A stretch of DNA of 64,000 bases. Origin: a virus. Lineage: Duplodnaviria; Caudoviricetes. Of this stretch, positions 1 to 10,468 are shown piece after piece (the stretch's first letter is position 1; every line of letters starts with the position of its first letter). The stretch is from positions 32,001 to 96,000 of IMG/VR virus record IMGVR_UViG_3300033073_001045. One strand, given 5' to 3'. A model generated the notes under the pieces. It made no database searches and was not told the DNA's origin. It saw only the letters and a list, made by a program, of their open reading frames with translations. The position numbers and the translations under genes are program-made.

Positions 1-207
1 TGCGCTTGTATCCACTGGATCAAAATCTTTAAAGCGTTCCATAAGAACCCCAACTTCTGGAACAGCCTTAAATTTGTAATAATAAGATTTTAACGAATCC
101 CAGATGTCTCTATGGGATGTAAAAATATCATCAATATTATCCGCCAATAATGTACTAATATCTTTATTTTTACATACAGCAGAGATTAGCTCTGACTCAG
201 TATTCAT
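1..207 (-). CDS. 5' part of probable DnaB-like replicative helicase (runs off window)
   Basis: ATG at 207 overlaps the stop of the upstream gene (ATGA). Open frame MNTESELISAVCKNKDISTLLADNIDDIF... resembles phage helicase N-termini; no ATPase motifs lie inside the window. Confidence 0.45.
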   Translation of the reverse strand, partial: MNTESELISAVCKNKDISTLLADNIDDIFTSHRDIWDSLKSYYYKFKAVPEVGVLMERFKDFDPVDTSA

Positions 208-524
208 TCTTCACCGCCCTCTACTAACTTTTTAGTTGCCTCTAATAAGGCTTTACGATTTTCAAAATCTTTTTCAAGCTGAGACTTTAAGTCGTCAATT
301 TTATCAAAATTGTAAAAAAAGAAATTAATGGGGTGCCCAGATTTTGATGTTTTAAAATAGTATATTAAAAGCTCCTTGGCTCTGTCAAAACCAACGCTAT
401 CAATTACATCTTGCATTGCCCATTTTTCACGAAACTTATTTAGTCTACATGGCTTATTATATTTTTCTTTATAAAGAGTTTCATATAAACTCAATAAAAT
501 ATATGGTTCTTTATTATTTGCCAC
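204..524 (-). CDS. hypothetical protein (replication cluster)
   Basis: 106-aa ORF coupled to its neighbours. Confidence 0.7.
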   Translation of the reverse strand: MANNKEPYILLSLYETLYKEKYNKPCRLNKFREKWAMQDVIDSVGFDRAKELLIYYFKTSKSGHPINFFFYNFDKIDDLKSQLEKDFENRKALLEATKKLVEGGEE

Positions 525-717
525 TCTTTAGCTCTTCTTCTACTTCACGTGTTTTTTCAACTAATTTAGATTCTACAAATCCATAAACACGTTCTGTTGC
601 AGCGTCGACTGTTTCACCCTGTCTCACATCGTCCTCAACCCCGACACCAATTTTAATACTTTCATAATTTCCAAGATTTCTTGTAAAAGAAAGATCTACC
701 TTAACTCTTGTTGTCAT
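514..717 (-). CDS. hypothetical phage protein
   Basis: 67-aa ORF (TRNLGNYES motif) with AGGAG RBS and overlapping stop/start. Confidence 0.7.
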   Translation of the reverse strand: MTTRVKVDLSFTRNLGNYESIKIGVGVEDDVRQGETVDAATERVYGFVESKLVEKTREVEEELKSGK

Positions 718-818
718 TTGTGCTCCTTCATGTGTCTAGACAAACTATCGTGACCAAAAATTCCCCAACGAAGTTCCCACTCTTTTTTACAGACTGGGCA
801 AATAATAAGCCTGCTCAT
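714..818 (-). CDS. small C2H2-like Zn-finger protein, 34 aa (not in ORF track)
   Basis: MSRLIICPVCKKEWELRWGIFGHDSLSRHMKEHK; fills the gap exactly, with coupling on both sides. Confidence 0.65.
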   Translation of the reverse strand: MSRLIICPVCKKEWELRWGIFGHDSLSRHMKEHK

Positions 819-1304
819 TTATTCCGCCTTCCATACTGGTACAAACTTTCCGTCTTCGGTCTTAGTATATAATATAAAGTTATTTTTGAGAAGGGCCTTT
901 AATTCTGTTTTGGATGGTAGCTCATTTGAGTGACCAGCTTCAAGCAGAAATTCATGCAAACCAAGAATATCTTTTTGACTAAACATATATTGTGACCATT
1001 CGGTATTGTCTGGATCGCTTATTGAGTATATTTTACTTGGTGGCGGGATCTTGCCATCTAAAATATAATTTTGAATAGTTACACGGTGCCTATTTAAAAA
1101 TAAACCTACTTGAGCCACTGTATATGCATTTTCCATATTCTTTTTTACATCAGAATAAGAATACATTACTCGCTTTCTGTCTGGGTAACACCACGCAACC
1201 ACTTCATCCTTTGATCTAGATGACCTGATTACTTTATGTATTTTTTCATTTAAGAAGAAATACCGTAAAACTTTTGATTTGCTGTTTCTTTTTGGTCTAG
1301 CCAT
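819..1304 (-). CDS. HTH DNA-binding protein (MerR/excisionase-like)
   Basis: YTVAQVGLFLNRHRVTIQNYILDGKIP helix-turn-helix pattern. Confidence 0.65.
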   Translation of the reverse strand: MARPKRNSKSKVLRYFFLNEKIHKVIRSSRSKDEVVAWCYPDRKRVMYSYSDVKKNMENAYTVAQVGLFLNRHRVTIQNYILDGKIPPPSKIYSISDPDNTEWSQYMFSQKDILGLHEFLLEAGHSNELPSKTELKALLKNNFILYTKTEDGKFVPVWKAE

Positions 1305-1435
1305 TTTCCAAAAGCACTCGTTTCTTTATTAATCATCCATCTTTTACCGCACATAATACAGAATAGTTCCATGTGTAGTTTTTGAGAAAAAACTCTATCT
1401 ACAAAAACTCTTCCTTTACATTTTCCGCACCACAT
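1250..1435 (-). CDS. small Zn-ribbon protein
   Basis: CGKC...CIMC pairs. Confidence 0.65.
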   Translation of the reverse strand: MWCGKCKGRVFVDRVFSQKLHMELFCIMCGKRWMINKETSAFGKWLDQKETANQKFYGISS

Positions 1436-2235
1436 TATAGCGTAAACAACTTCCCGTCAACGACACATGAATAGTCAGGAGCAACGTGGATCATCTGAAT
1501 ATGTGGGTAGTCGTTAACAATATGAGCGATTGCAAAACCCTTTTGCCAATCGTGATGTTGCATATACTTCATTCCATCTGACTTCTCATCACACATGTGA
1601 CCTAATTCGTATCCACGAAGTGTTTCACCTTCTCCATTGTTTCTAAGTTCGTATGTAACAAGGTGTGATGCAATTCTATGTGAGTGTCCTCTGATTAAAG
1701 AGATCTGAAGGTCTTCCATATCCTTACGTACTGAGCCAGTGGATGCAATTGAGAGTCCATGGTGTACATGGATATCTCCAAATCGGCGCTTAGGCAATTC
1801 GTTATAATAAATATATTCATACCCCAATGAATCTAGACTCCATAGGGCCTCTGGTGTAACCTCGCTGATATAGTCTGGAAGCTTTGCATCAACATAGTTA
1901 AACACTCTAATGTCGTGGTTTCCAAGTGCCGAGAATAGCTGTGCGTCTGGAAGCATTTCTCTTGTCTTTGCATAAAAATCTCTTGCGCCTTTTGCTTCAT
2001 GGCGCATCATTGGAACAATTAAATCTTTGCTATCATTCTTATGATAGTTTAAAAACTCTGCCGAACGTCCTTCTGTGTACTTGCTGTAGCAAGCCTGATC
2101 ATCAGTATCACCAAGGTAGTCAACAACATCTGGTTTAAACCACTTCATTACCTTGAACCAAAGTGCGATCATCTTGTCATCCTGATATGGAAATTGCTGG
2201 TCGGATGAAATCATCCACTTTAAATCGTTACTCAT
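1435..2235 (-). CDS. calcineurin-like metallophosphoesterase
   Basis: SDxQ, LGD, GNHD, HHG and GHSH motifs in the expected order. Confidence 0.85.
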   Translation of the reverse strand: MSNDLKWMISSDQQFPYQDDKMIALWFKVMKWFKPDVVDYLGDTDDQACYSKYTEGRSAEFLNYHKNDSKDLIVPMMRHEAKGARDFYAKTREMLPDAQLFSALGNHDIRVFNYVDAKLPDYISEVTPEALWSLDSLGYEYIYYNELPKRRFGDIHVHHGLSIASTGSVRKDMEDLQISLIRGHSHRIASHLVTYELRNNGEGETLRGYELGHMCDEKSDGMKYMQHHDWQKGFAIAHIVNDYPHIQMIHVAPDYSCVVDGKLFTL

Positions 2236-2249
2236 TATCTGCCTTTATA

Positions 2250-2277
2250 CGAAAAAAGTCACGAGTGCGTGACTTTG
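2250..2277 (-). terminator. intrinsic terminator
   Basis: Stem AAAGTCACG-cact-CGTGACTTT running into a T-tract on the minus strand, at the end of the tail operon. Confidence 0.7.
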
Positions 2278-2318
2278 ATGTTACACCGTAAGTGTAACAT
2301 ATTGAGTTATATTGTCAA
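2278..2318 (-). promoter_or_regulatory. sigma70-type promoter with overlapping palindromic operator
   Basis: TTGACA (2318-2313), 16 bp, TACACT (2296-2291); perfect 9-bp inverted repeat ATGTTACAC-N5-GTGTAACAT (2278-2300). Confidence 0.6.
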
Positions 2319-2322
2319 TAGA

Positions 2323-2760
2323 TTATGCTAGTGTTCCAGATGCAAACATTACAAAGTCCATGGTTCCTTTAGTTGCCCCAGCTCCAGATCTAACAACAAA
2401 TTTCATTGAAGTTGTTGACACTGATACTATAACTGGATGAACTCTCATTTGTGTCTCAGTGGCCGTTGCTGGACCCTCTACTTGTATCCAGCATGCTGGT
2501 TCAGAAACAAAAGGCTTTTCAAATGTCCATGTATAATAAGCAGATGGAGTATTTGCTGGATTTACGCTTTTTGTTACTTTTTTAGATAAAATTGTACTTG
2601 CTACTTTTGCAGAAGATGTATCTGTTTGGTTAGTGATTTGAATCGCAGAGGATGACTCACCCTTTGCAATGAGCTCAATATTGCTAGCAATTGTTTTCAG
2701 AAGAGCAGCTGTTACTGGATCTCCATCATTAATTGGCATCTCTTTGATTGTTATCGCCAC
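2323..2760 (-). CDS. tail-associated hypothetical protein (likely GTG start at 2760)
   Basis: GGAG RBS before GTG 2760; beta-rich C-terminus typical of fibre tip/H-lectin-like domains. Confidence 0.6.
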   Translation of the reverse strand: MAITIKEMPINDGDPVTAALLKTIASNIELIAKGESSSAIQITNQTDTSSAKVASTILSKKVTKSVNPANTPSAYYTWTFEKPFVSEPACWIQVEGPATATETQMRVHPVIVSVSTTSMKFVVRSGAGATKGTMDFVMFASGTLA

Positions 2761-2761
2761 T

Positions 2762-2911
2762 TTATTCTCCCTTTGGCTCTTCCTGAGCTTTCTGGCTATT
2801 AACCAGTTCTGTAATTTCTGCACGAAGAATTGCTACATGTGTCTCATATTGTGAGACCAATTCACCAATTCTCTGTTGAAGCGCCTGTACTACTAGTTCT
2901 GCTTTTTCCAT
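2762..2911 (-). CDS. small coiled-coil protein, 49 aa (not in ORF track)
   Basis: MEKAELVVQALQQRIGELVSQYETHVAILRAEITELV...; AAGGA RBS and upstream ATGGTATGAT promoter-like element. Confidence 0.7.
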   Translation of the reverse strand: MEKAELVVQALQQRIGELVSQYETHVAILRAEITELVNSQKAQEEPKGE

Positions 2912-2944
2912 TATATTCCTTTTCTACTTAAATGAATCATACCA

Positions 2945-5722
2945 TTAAGCTCCAATAGCGTCAAGTCTATTTTTTATTTCTTTTATGGCTAAAACTAAAT
3001 ATGCAGATAATCTGTCATAAGAGACAGACTCAATCTCTCCAGCATCATTATAATTAACTATTGTATTTAATTCTTGGATTTCCTCTACATCCTCAGCAAT
3101 TAAACCTGAAGTCAAAACTGGTATTGAATCTCCCATAAACTCTTGTTTATACTTAAATGTAGCTGGTTTTAGCTGACTAATAATGTCTAAATATCCAGTC
3201 TCATTTAAATATGATATGTTATCTTTATATCTAATACTTGATGAGCTAACACGCATATAACCAGATGAATCCTGAACAATAGTGGTACCACTATTTACCC
3301 CTAAAGTATTTGCGTATATATTTCCTGATGGTAACAATTTGGTTTTCATGGTACCAACAGTGTCATTTGCTGCACCGCTATGTCCAACCATAACAGATCC
3401 ACTTATTCTTACGTCATTCCACCTATATGTTTGTGTACCTAAATCATAATTTGCGCCACCACCCCAATATGGGTAACAGTGTGATGTCCACCCACCAATA
3501 GTAGTATTTTTAAATCCAATAGAACCAACAACTAATCCTGTTACACCATTTAGTGTTCCTTGACTATCAATATAAGCAGCTGTATCTGTTGCTGTATTGA
3601 CAGCCAGCCTTCCACTAAAAGTTCCAGATGCTCCAGTAATATTTCCTTTAAATACTGCGTTGCCGCTAGAATTTATAGAAAATAAAGTAGCTCCAGTAGA
3701 ATCATACGCTGCAATTCCTGCACTATTTAATATAACCATATTAGCGCCAGGTGTAGCTGTAGTATCAGTATTGATCTTAAATCCGCTAGATGTAATTGTT
3801 ATTCCGTTAGAATTTATTGATGTTACTTGATTTTGTGCATTTGCTATTAAATATCCACCAGCTTCAAGTTTTGTATTTAATGCAGTTTTAGTGGCATATG
3901 TAGTATCTGTTCTTTGTGTCCAAGATGCTCCAGTCCAGGTTTTTATAATGTTTCCGTTGGCTGTATCTATCCAAATATCTCCAACTCTTGTTGCTGTTGG
4001 TGTTGTATCTTGAGCAAAAGTAGAATTTTTTGTAGCCAAAGATGTTGTAGTGGCATATCCGCTTAAAGATGCAACAGTAGCGTAATTAGATAATGAAGCA
4101 GTTGTCGCATAGCCATCAATTGTTGAGCTTGAAAAAACAGCTCCAGTAGCATATAGCTTTCCATTTTTATCTACCCTAAATGGAGCATTTGCTGCTGTCT
4201 GAGAGCCAACCCAAATTCTATATGTGGCATCGCTTGCACTTAATTTAACAATTGATGCCAGTGTTCCACTTGTATCACCTACTGTAAGATTACCGTTGCT
4301 TTCAAGTTTTGTATTGCTACTATAGATAGATCCTGTTGTTTGAGCAGTTCCATCTATTGTCCATCCACCTATATAGCCCTTACGTGCATCAATCTTTCCA
4401 TCTGCTGCTTGTATTGCTACTGTTTGTACACCAGCTGAATCATGTGCAAATAGTCCGCTTGGCTGCATAACAACTCTTCCAGCAGTTAAAGACCCAGCAT
4501 ATATACTTCCAGTAGTTACTTCTAAATTACCAGTAAACGTTCCACCTGTTGCATTTATTTTGCCAGTTGTATATAAATCTGATCCGTCCCAGTATAAAAA
4601 TGATGTAGCGCTTCCAACCCTAAACTGACCAGTATTTAGCCAATAATTATGACCACGATTTGTTGTAGATTTATTTAATATGATTCCACTATAAGTTCCA
4701 TCTACCTGAGATGGGGTAGTCGTCGTTGAAGTATTTATTGACTGTGATATGCCAGTGCCGATTTTAAATAAGTCAGCAGTTTTTCCACCAATAGATAAAA
4801 TTGATCTTAGCTGTGCCCAAGCATCAGAAGGTGCAGTTGAATCAACGTATGGGCCCATAGTTTTTGTTACGGCAGTAGACCAACTGATTGCATTAAATGG
4901 ACTTACCGCTGTAACTTGATAATAATATAATGTATTTGGAAGAGCGCCAGTTACAGTAAATCTAGTTGTAGCTTTTCCGTCAACTTTGCCATATTCCCAT
5001 AAAGGATTTGTAGTGGTGGCTGGATTTTGAGTTGTCCACCTAATTGCATAGCCATTAGTATTTGAATCTGTGTTTGCTGTCCATGTTATTACTATGCCAG
5101 CATTAAATCCAGTTAAGTCTGCAGCATCCTGAACCATAGTTCCAGAAGTTGAGCCTGGTGCGGATGGCGCAGTTGTTGTGTCAACTTCTGCATTGAGTGG
5201 TGTTACTGGACCAGCAGTAGTTTCAGATATATTTGTATCAAGCCACCTATCTCTTGTTACAACCTTAACCCATCTTGGTGCAAAGTCTGGTGTATTTATA
5301 GACATACTGTTTGCTGTACCAACATAAACAATGTACTGTTCTCCAGCAAATGCACCAGTTAAGCTTTCATAAACTATTACATCTTCATGTTCACTTCCAG
5401 CCTGAAAATCAAACTTGACTCCATATGATTTAAGTCCTGGTGTCAAAACTAAATTCAATACTGGTTTTGTTAAATTAGGGATATCGAACGTGGTCTCAAT
5501 CCACGGCGATAAATCTCCCTGTACTTCTGCACCAGTAGTTTCATCTTTATAAATATAAGCAGCCTGAAATCTATATTTTTTATATTTTACTAAAGGTAAA
5601 TCAATTATTTTTGTGTAGGATGATGCACTTACAGACGATGCGGCTTTAATCGCATCTTCTGTCTTTATTTGTAAATCTGGAGGAAGTGATACTCCTCCGC
5701 CACCACCTAATGAATCCAACAT
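2945..5722 (-). CDS. tail fibre/spike with FN3 domain and C-terminal intramolecular chaperone (peptidase S74-like)
   Basis: FN3 pattern (ITW...GY.IRW...LPNTLYYYQVTAV); SSIRYKDNI...LKP..F.YK...GLIAEDV...Y..L...L..AIKE chaperone signature. Confidence 0.8.
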   Translation of the reverse strand: MLDSLGGGGGVSLPPDLQIKTEDAIKAASSVSASSYTKIIDLPLVKYKKYRFQAAYIYKDETTGAEVQGDLSPWIETTFDIPNLTKPVLNLVLTPGLKSYGVKFDFQAGSEHEDVIVYESLTGAFAGEQYIVYVGTANSMSINTPDFAPRWVKVVTRDRWLDTNISETTAGPVTPLNAEVDTTTAPSAPGSTSGTMVQDAADLTGFNAGIVITWTANTDSNTNGYAIRWTTQNPATTTNPLWEYGKVDGKATTRFTVTGALPNTLYYYQVTAVSPFNAISWSTAVTKTMGPYVDSTAPSDAWAQLRSILSIGGKTADLFKIGTGISQSINTSTTTTPSQVDGTYSGIILNKSTTNRGHNYWLNTGQFRVGSATSFLYWDGSDLYTTGKINATGGTFTGNLEVTTGSIYAGSLTAGRVVMQPSGLFAHDSAGVQTVAIQAADGKIDARKGYIGGWTIDGTAQTTGSIYSSNTKLESNGNLTVGDTSGTLASIVKLSASDATYRIWVGSQTAANAPFRVDKNGKLYATGAVFSSSTIDGYATTASLSNYATVASLSGYATTTSLATKNSTFAQDTTPTATRVGDIWIDTANGNIIKTWTGASWTQRTDTTYATKTALNTKLEAGGYLIANAQNQVTSINSNGITITSSGFKINTDTTATPGANMVILNSAGIAAYDSTGATLFSINSSGNAVFKGNITGASGTFSGRLAVNTATDTAAYIDSQGTLNGVTGLVVGSIGFKNTTIGGWTSHCYPYWGGGANYDLGTQTYRWNDVRISGSVMVGHSGAANDTVGTMKTKLLPSGNIYANTLGVNSGTTIVQDSSGYMRVSSSSIRYKDNISYLNETGYLDIISQLKPATFKYKQEFMGDSIPVLTSGLIAEDVEEIQELNTIVNYNDAGEIESVSYDRLSAYLVLAIKEIKNRLDAIGA

Positions 5723-6694
5723 TTAAAAATTAATTCCTAACCTATATTCGATATCCATTTCTTTGCCAAGCTCTTTAATTTGCGGGCTTGTTAATACTGA
5801 TCTACTTATCATTCCATAATCTGTTCTAAATGAATCTTCATCATTAATTCTTAATCCATCAAACAAAACAACTGAATCTAAACCAGTATTTGCTTTAACT
5901 CCAACTGAAATTTTTTTAATATCTTTTGTAGGTGACCCAACGTTGTACCCTGTTGTGTCATCAACATCTATGTTATTGTATGGATATCTTAGGTTTATTT
6001 TAGAAAGCCTATTTTTAATTGAATCTCCTTGAAATCTAACTTCATAGTAGTCTGTGTCAGAACTGTACATTCTAATAAACACATAGTCTAAATTCAAATC
6101 TGTTTGTCTATAGGCCAAAGTTAAACTATCATTTGCGCTATATCCAGTAAGATCTATATCTGTTGTATAGGAGTATTCCTTGATTGCGCCATTTTCAGAT
6201 GTTACGGACATCCAGTTGGTTCCTATAGGTGGAACTGGATCTGTTTCTGATTGTGCTGGAAGAGAAACCTCATCTAACCAAAATAAAGGATTTTCAAAAG
6301 TTGAAATAATTTGGCTTTGATAATCAGAGCTGCCAAAAGAAATAGATGGGAATATACCTACCTCATAAATATATCCAGCAACATCTACTGGCAAAGTTGC
6401 TTTATATACAACTGCATATGATGATACTCCAGTTGCTGCATCTGTCTGAATATCTGAACTTTCAATGGCAGCTCTTATTCTATAAAATTCAAAATCAAGT
6501 TGTGTATTATTAACGGATGCCTCTGAAGTTCCAATACCAATTGCAATATCTTTTGACTGGCCAGCGCCGACACCAGCTAAATACTGAGTAAGAAATCTTT
6601 TTCCAAATTTGGTAATTATGTTTTTATTTCTTGATATCTCTTTGCCGTCTTTATAAAATATATATGTTCCAGTCATATTTAAATTATTGTCCAT
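5723..6694 (-). CDS. minor tail/baseplate protein
   Basis: N.IT.FGKRF...IAIG.G pattern; position in tail operon. Confidence 0.6.
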   Translation of the reverse strand: MDNNLNMTGTYIFYKDGKEISRNKNIITKFGKRFLTQYLAGVGAGQSKDIAIGIGTSEASVNNTQLDFEFYRIRAAIESSDIQTDAATGVSSYAVVYKATLPVDVAGYIYEVGIFPSISFGSSDYQSQIISTFENPLFWLDEVSLPAQSETDPVPPIGTNWMSVTSENGAIKEYSYTTDIDLTGYSANDSLTLAYRQTDLNLDYVFIRMYSSDTDYYEVRFQGDSIKNRLSKINLRYPYNNIDVDDTTGYNVGSPTKDIKKISVGVKANTGLDSVVLFDGLRINDEDSFRTDYGMISRSVLTSPQIKELGKEMDIEYRLGINF

Positions 6695-7040
6695 AAACTT
6701 TAGCCCCCACTACCGATTCACCAACATGGTTTTTAACGTTAATTGTAAATCTAACAAAATCATTTCCATTGCCGTCACGAACTTTTTCCTTTTTTAATAT
6801 AGTAATATCCGATAGATATGGAGCTTCTAAACCAGTAGGTTCATTTGGATCATCTGGACTATCTGGATCATCTGGGTCATCTGGGTCAGGTGCACCAACT
6901 CCACTTGATTTTCCCGTTAAAGTGTTACCAGGAACAACATTTACCAGATCAGATTTAAGTACGTCAATTAAAGGGTCGCCCTCAATTAAATTAAATTTGG
7001 CTGACCGTACTAGTTTACCAGCTGGAGTATTTTTGCTCAT
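6684..7040 (-). CDS. hypothetical tail-region protein with PDD low-complexity linker
   Basis: 118 aa; leaderless start 6 nt after ATGGTAGAAT. Confidence 0.65.
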   Translation of the reverse strand: MSKNTPAGKLVRSAKFNLIEGDPLIDVLKSDLVNVVPGNTLTGKSSGVGAPDPDDPDDPDSPDDPNEPTGLEAPYLSDITILKKEKVRDGNGNDFVRFTINVKNHVGESVVGAKVYGQ

Positions 7041-7057
7041 ATTAACATTCTACCATT

Positions 7058-10000
7058 TCATTCAGTATAAATCGATCTAGCTTTGATGGATGTTGTGCCG
7101 TTCAAATCAGAGCTATTAGATACCTCTATAATAACATACTTGCCCACCGTTTGACCAGTGTCTTCTGACGAGTAAAAATTATTAGATGGGTATGATATTT
7201 CAACCACATCTCCTATTTTAAGAAGCGGATTAAAGAACGTCTCAATTGAAACAACTCTCTGCTGCTTTGACCATTGTTTTTTAATCCAATCATGTAAGGA
7301 TTTTGCTTCACTTTCTTTTTGAAGCCACGTTGACTCAAATGCAATGCCTTGTTTTTTATCCTCTTCAGAAGCATTTATATCTACATACTCAAATGGGTCT
7401 TTTGGAAGCACGTAATTACCAACAACTATAAATCTTTTATCGGCACCGTCTGCAAGTTCTGTGAATGCGCCTGAGTTATTCATAACAAAAACATCCATGG
7501 AAAATGAATCTAATGATTCCCCAATTACAGTAACATTTGGATTTAAAATTGTTTGAGTATACTTTGGTGTTCCAGGGGAATAGTAATATCTGGTTTGAAT
7601 TCTTCTTATTTCTCTTGCAACTGGACCAAATTCTTTAAGCCATACTGGAGAATCTGTTACATTTGCTTTACCGCTGAACACAAAATCTGAAAAATATTTT
7701 ACAATTGCTGAGTTGGCACCAAGGTATCCTTGATATAAATTATATGATTGATTTTGAGTATATTCTGAATCAGATATTGGTTTAACATAAATATAATCAT
7801 ATGATACTGGACCTTGATATGAACATAAAGCAATTTTTTTTGTTATGGTTAATGGTGTTTTGTCATGTATAGCAAATGTAGTATTATTAAACATTATTTT
7901 AAATACTAAATTTCTTTCAGTACCATTTTTTATTGTTTCGTTTACTTTTATATCTACTCTATATAGCTCTCCGCCAGATATTCCAGTTATAGCAGATTTT
8001 CCAGAATTTGTCTGAGTGTCGCTCATTTCTACAAGTTTACCAGCAACAATCTTATACATAGTTATATCTCTATAATTTTTATCCTTGGTAACATTTTGAC
8101 TAGTATTTATACATAAAAAGTATCCACTAGTATTATCTTCATTTAAGCAAAAAGCAATTCCACCCTTTGTTCTTTGTTCTGCAGTATCTTGACCAGATGC
8201 AGTTTTTAATAGAGGAAAATACATGCTAGTCCCAATTACAAAATTTTTGCTAGCAAATGATCCTTGATCATTTGTATAATTATTTACTGGCCCGTTAGTA
8301 AAGTCTTGTTCTATTGTATTTGGAGACACCATAGTTAATAAATTGTTATCTGTATATATAGTTGTTACTACACCGTCCTTATCAGTTGATTGCGCTGAAA
8401 CAGTATTAGGTGCAAATATAGTCATCATAGATCTTGGAACATCTTGCGAAAAGTTTTCTGACCACTGATTATTTTTAGCTGGTATGGTGTCTAACGTAAA
8501 CTTAGTATTGTTTAAAGAAGACGTACCAGACTTAGTATCTAAAATTCTTCCAGACCACTCAAGCTTCAATTTTTCAGTATTTACTTCATGTGCTATTGGA
8601 GCTGGTAGGACACCAAATGCATTTCTTGTTTTAATTCTATACTGAGAGTCTGGTGCAAATGTATTTGGCTTGGAAAGTCCCTCAAACTTGCTTATATCTG
8701 AATCACTTGTTATCCAAACATATTTTAATCCAGATTCATCTACTGGCATGTAGTGAAACTTAATTGCATCATATTCTATTATTTCTTGATTTATTACAAG
8801 GTATCCAGAATATGCATTTAACTTTGTTGCATACCCGTCGATAACAATTGGCTGAAGTGTGACTACGCCAAGAGGTGCAGCTCCAGTTCCATTTAAATCT
8901 GGCTCAGGTGTTGCAGATGCTGGTAATGAATTTATAAGTGCAGCTGCACCCAAAATCATTACTGGTGCATCATATAAGTCATCAGCATTTTTTCCAGCAT
9001 ATGAAGAAGATAATCTTGGAGTATATGATATTTTAACTGTTTTTACAGATGGAACATCTGAAGAATTCATTGCTATTATGTTAGATAGATTGAGTCCCTT
9101 ATTGTCGTATCTAAATTTAAAATCTGACGTTCTATTTTTAAATATATACTCTCTGGTATAAAACTGTAAAATATTGTTCTCATCAAAAGTTGCAATCATC
9201 TGAGTATCTTTACAAAGATCTTGAATGTGTTGCCAAACGGTTTTAGCATTATCCGTGTACCAATAGTATGGTCGAATACTAGATGTATCTGGATCAGCCT
9301 TATTAAAGTTATAGTTTGTAAATCCTACTGAATCAAGAAGTCTTCTAACTATAGACTGAGAGGATGATTCCTGTATAACTATATCTGGAGGGAATATTTC
9401 CTGTAATTCTTTAGCCCCATCTAATGCTTGGGCGGAAACATTTCCAAATTCATCAATACTATATTCTGATAAAAAATATATTCCTTGTTTTATATTTTCA
9501 GATCCTATTTGAAAAAATGGCCTAATAATAATATCTTTATAAAAGTTTGTTTTTGTAGTATCAAATGCATAAGTTTTGTCATAAGAGAAACAAGATTTAT
9601 CAAAAAAATTAAACGAGTAATCAGAATAGTTTGAGGTTACGTTGCCCACTGGTAATAGTCCATCAGCTTCATCTGACGCATTTTTTGTTATATTAAATGA
9701 CACTAGGTTGTCAGATATATCTTTAACATATCTTCCAGACATTTCAATTATTCCGATATAGCCGTTAGCAACTGTTACTGTATTGATCTGAAGAGATAGT
9801 TTGCTTATATTTATTGGTGACGACGGTGATATAAATTCTGTAGTAGTCCAACTTGTTCCATTATAATATAAGTTTAAAATACCATCTGATGGTATAGATA
9901 CTGTTGCATTTGATGCAATTGTTAATTCACCGCCAGATATTTGAGTAGCTTTTATAGACCATGTTGCTGGAAGTCCGTGTGATGATTCAAATTTAATGGT

Positions 10001-10468
10001 TACCTTATTAATTGCGGCTGTCTTTGCTGCTGGATAATTAACACTAATTATACAATTAGATAGTGATGTTCCAGATGCTTTTGGTGTTACCCAATATTTA
10101 TAAGCTGTTTTAATTCCAGGCAAATACATGCGTGTAGTATAAGCTTTATCTGCAGAATATGTAATTGTTTTAGATGCAGATGGGTCGCCAAGAATAAAAT
10201 ATTGAATACCAGACCCTTGTGGTCGTCTTGGATTAATTATTGATGCGATTGGAAATAACTTTGTGAATGGTTTATACGTTGATCCATCACTAGCTGTTTT
10301 TGCAACTTCTAGGTCACCTTCAGGTTTTGCATCTGTTCCATTTGGACCACGTACTGTAACACCATCAATTAAATCATTCATATTGTATTCAAGCCAACAT
10401 TTTGGCGTCATGCTAATTGATGCAGATTGATTAATAGTATCTAATGTTGTCTGTGTTACATTAATCAT
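7058..10468 (-). CDS. large minor tail protein (hub/central fibre-like)
   Basis: 1136 aa, second gene after the tape measure; C-terminal NP.L..GD.V motif of tail hub proteins. Confidence 0.7.
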   Translation of the reverse strand: MINVTQTTLDTINQSASISMTPKCWLEYNMNDLIDGVTVRGPNGTDAKPEGDLEVAKTASDGSTYKPFTKLFPIASIINPRRPQGSGIQYFILGDPSASKTITYSADKAYTTRMYLPGIKTAYKYWVTPKASGTSLSNCIISVNYPAAKTAAINKVTIKFESSHGLPATWSIKATQISGGELTIASNATVSIPSDGILNLYYNGTSWTTTEFISPSSPINISKLSLQINTVTVANGYIGIIEMSGRYVKDISDNLVSFNITKNASDEADGLLPVGNVTSNYSDYSFNFFDKSCFSYDKTYAFDTTKTNFYKDIIIRPFFQIGSENIKQGIYFLSEYSIDEFGNVSAQALDGAKELQEIFPPDIVIQESSSQSIVRRLLDSVGFTNYNFNKADPDTSSIRPYYWYTDNAKTVWQHIQDLCKDTQMIATFDENNILQFYTREYIFKNRTSDFKFRYDNKGLNLSNIIAMNSSDVPSVKTVKISYTPRLSSSYAGKNADDLYDAPVMILGAAALINSLPASATPEPDLNGTGAAPLGVVTLQPIVIDGYATKLNAYSGYLVINQEIIEYDAIKFHYMPVDESGLKYVWITSDSDISKFEGLSKPNTFAPDSQYRIKTRNAFGVLPAPIAHEVNTEKLKLEWSGRILDTKSGTSSLNNTKFTLDTIPAKNNQWSENFSQDVPRSMMTIFAPNTVSAQSTDKDGVVTTIYTDNNLLTMVSPNTIEQDFTNGPVNNYTNDQGSFASKNFVIGTSMYFPLLKTASGQDTAEQRTKGGIAFCLNEDNTSGYFLCINTSQNVTKDKNYRDITMYKIVAGKLVEMSDTQTNSGKSAITGISGGELYRVDIKVNETIKNGTERNLVFKIMFNNTTFAIHDKTPLTITKKIALCSYQGPVSYDYIYVKPISDSEYTQNQSYNLYQGYLGANSAIVKYFSDFVFSGKANVTDSPVWLKEFGPVAREIRRIQTRYYYSPGTPKYTQTILNPNVTVIGESLDSFSMDVFVMNNSGAFTELADGADKRFIVVGNYVLPKDPFEYVDINASEEDKKQGIAFESTWLQKESEAKSLHDWIKKQWSKQQRVVSIETFFNPLLKIGDVVEISYPSNNFYSSEDTGQTVGKYVIIEVSNSSDLNGTTSIKARSIYTE

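Noticed and set aside
2761-2823. ORF-track 5' extension of 2323..2823 (similarly 35359, 51473, 61910)
   Set aside because: Better starts with an RBS or translational coupling lie downstream, and most of the extensions overlap real upstream genes.
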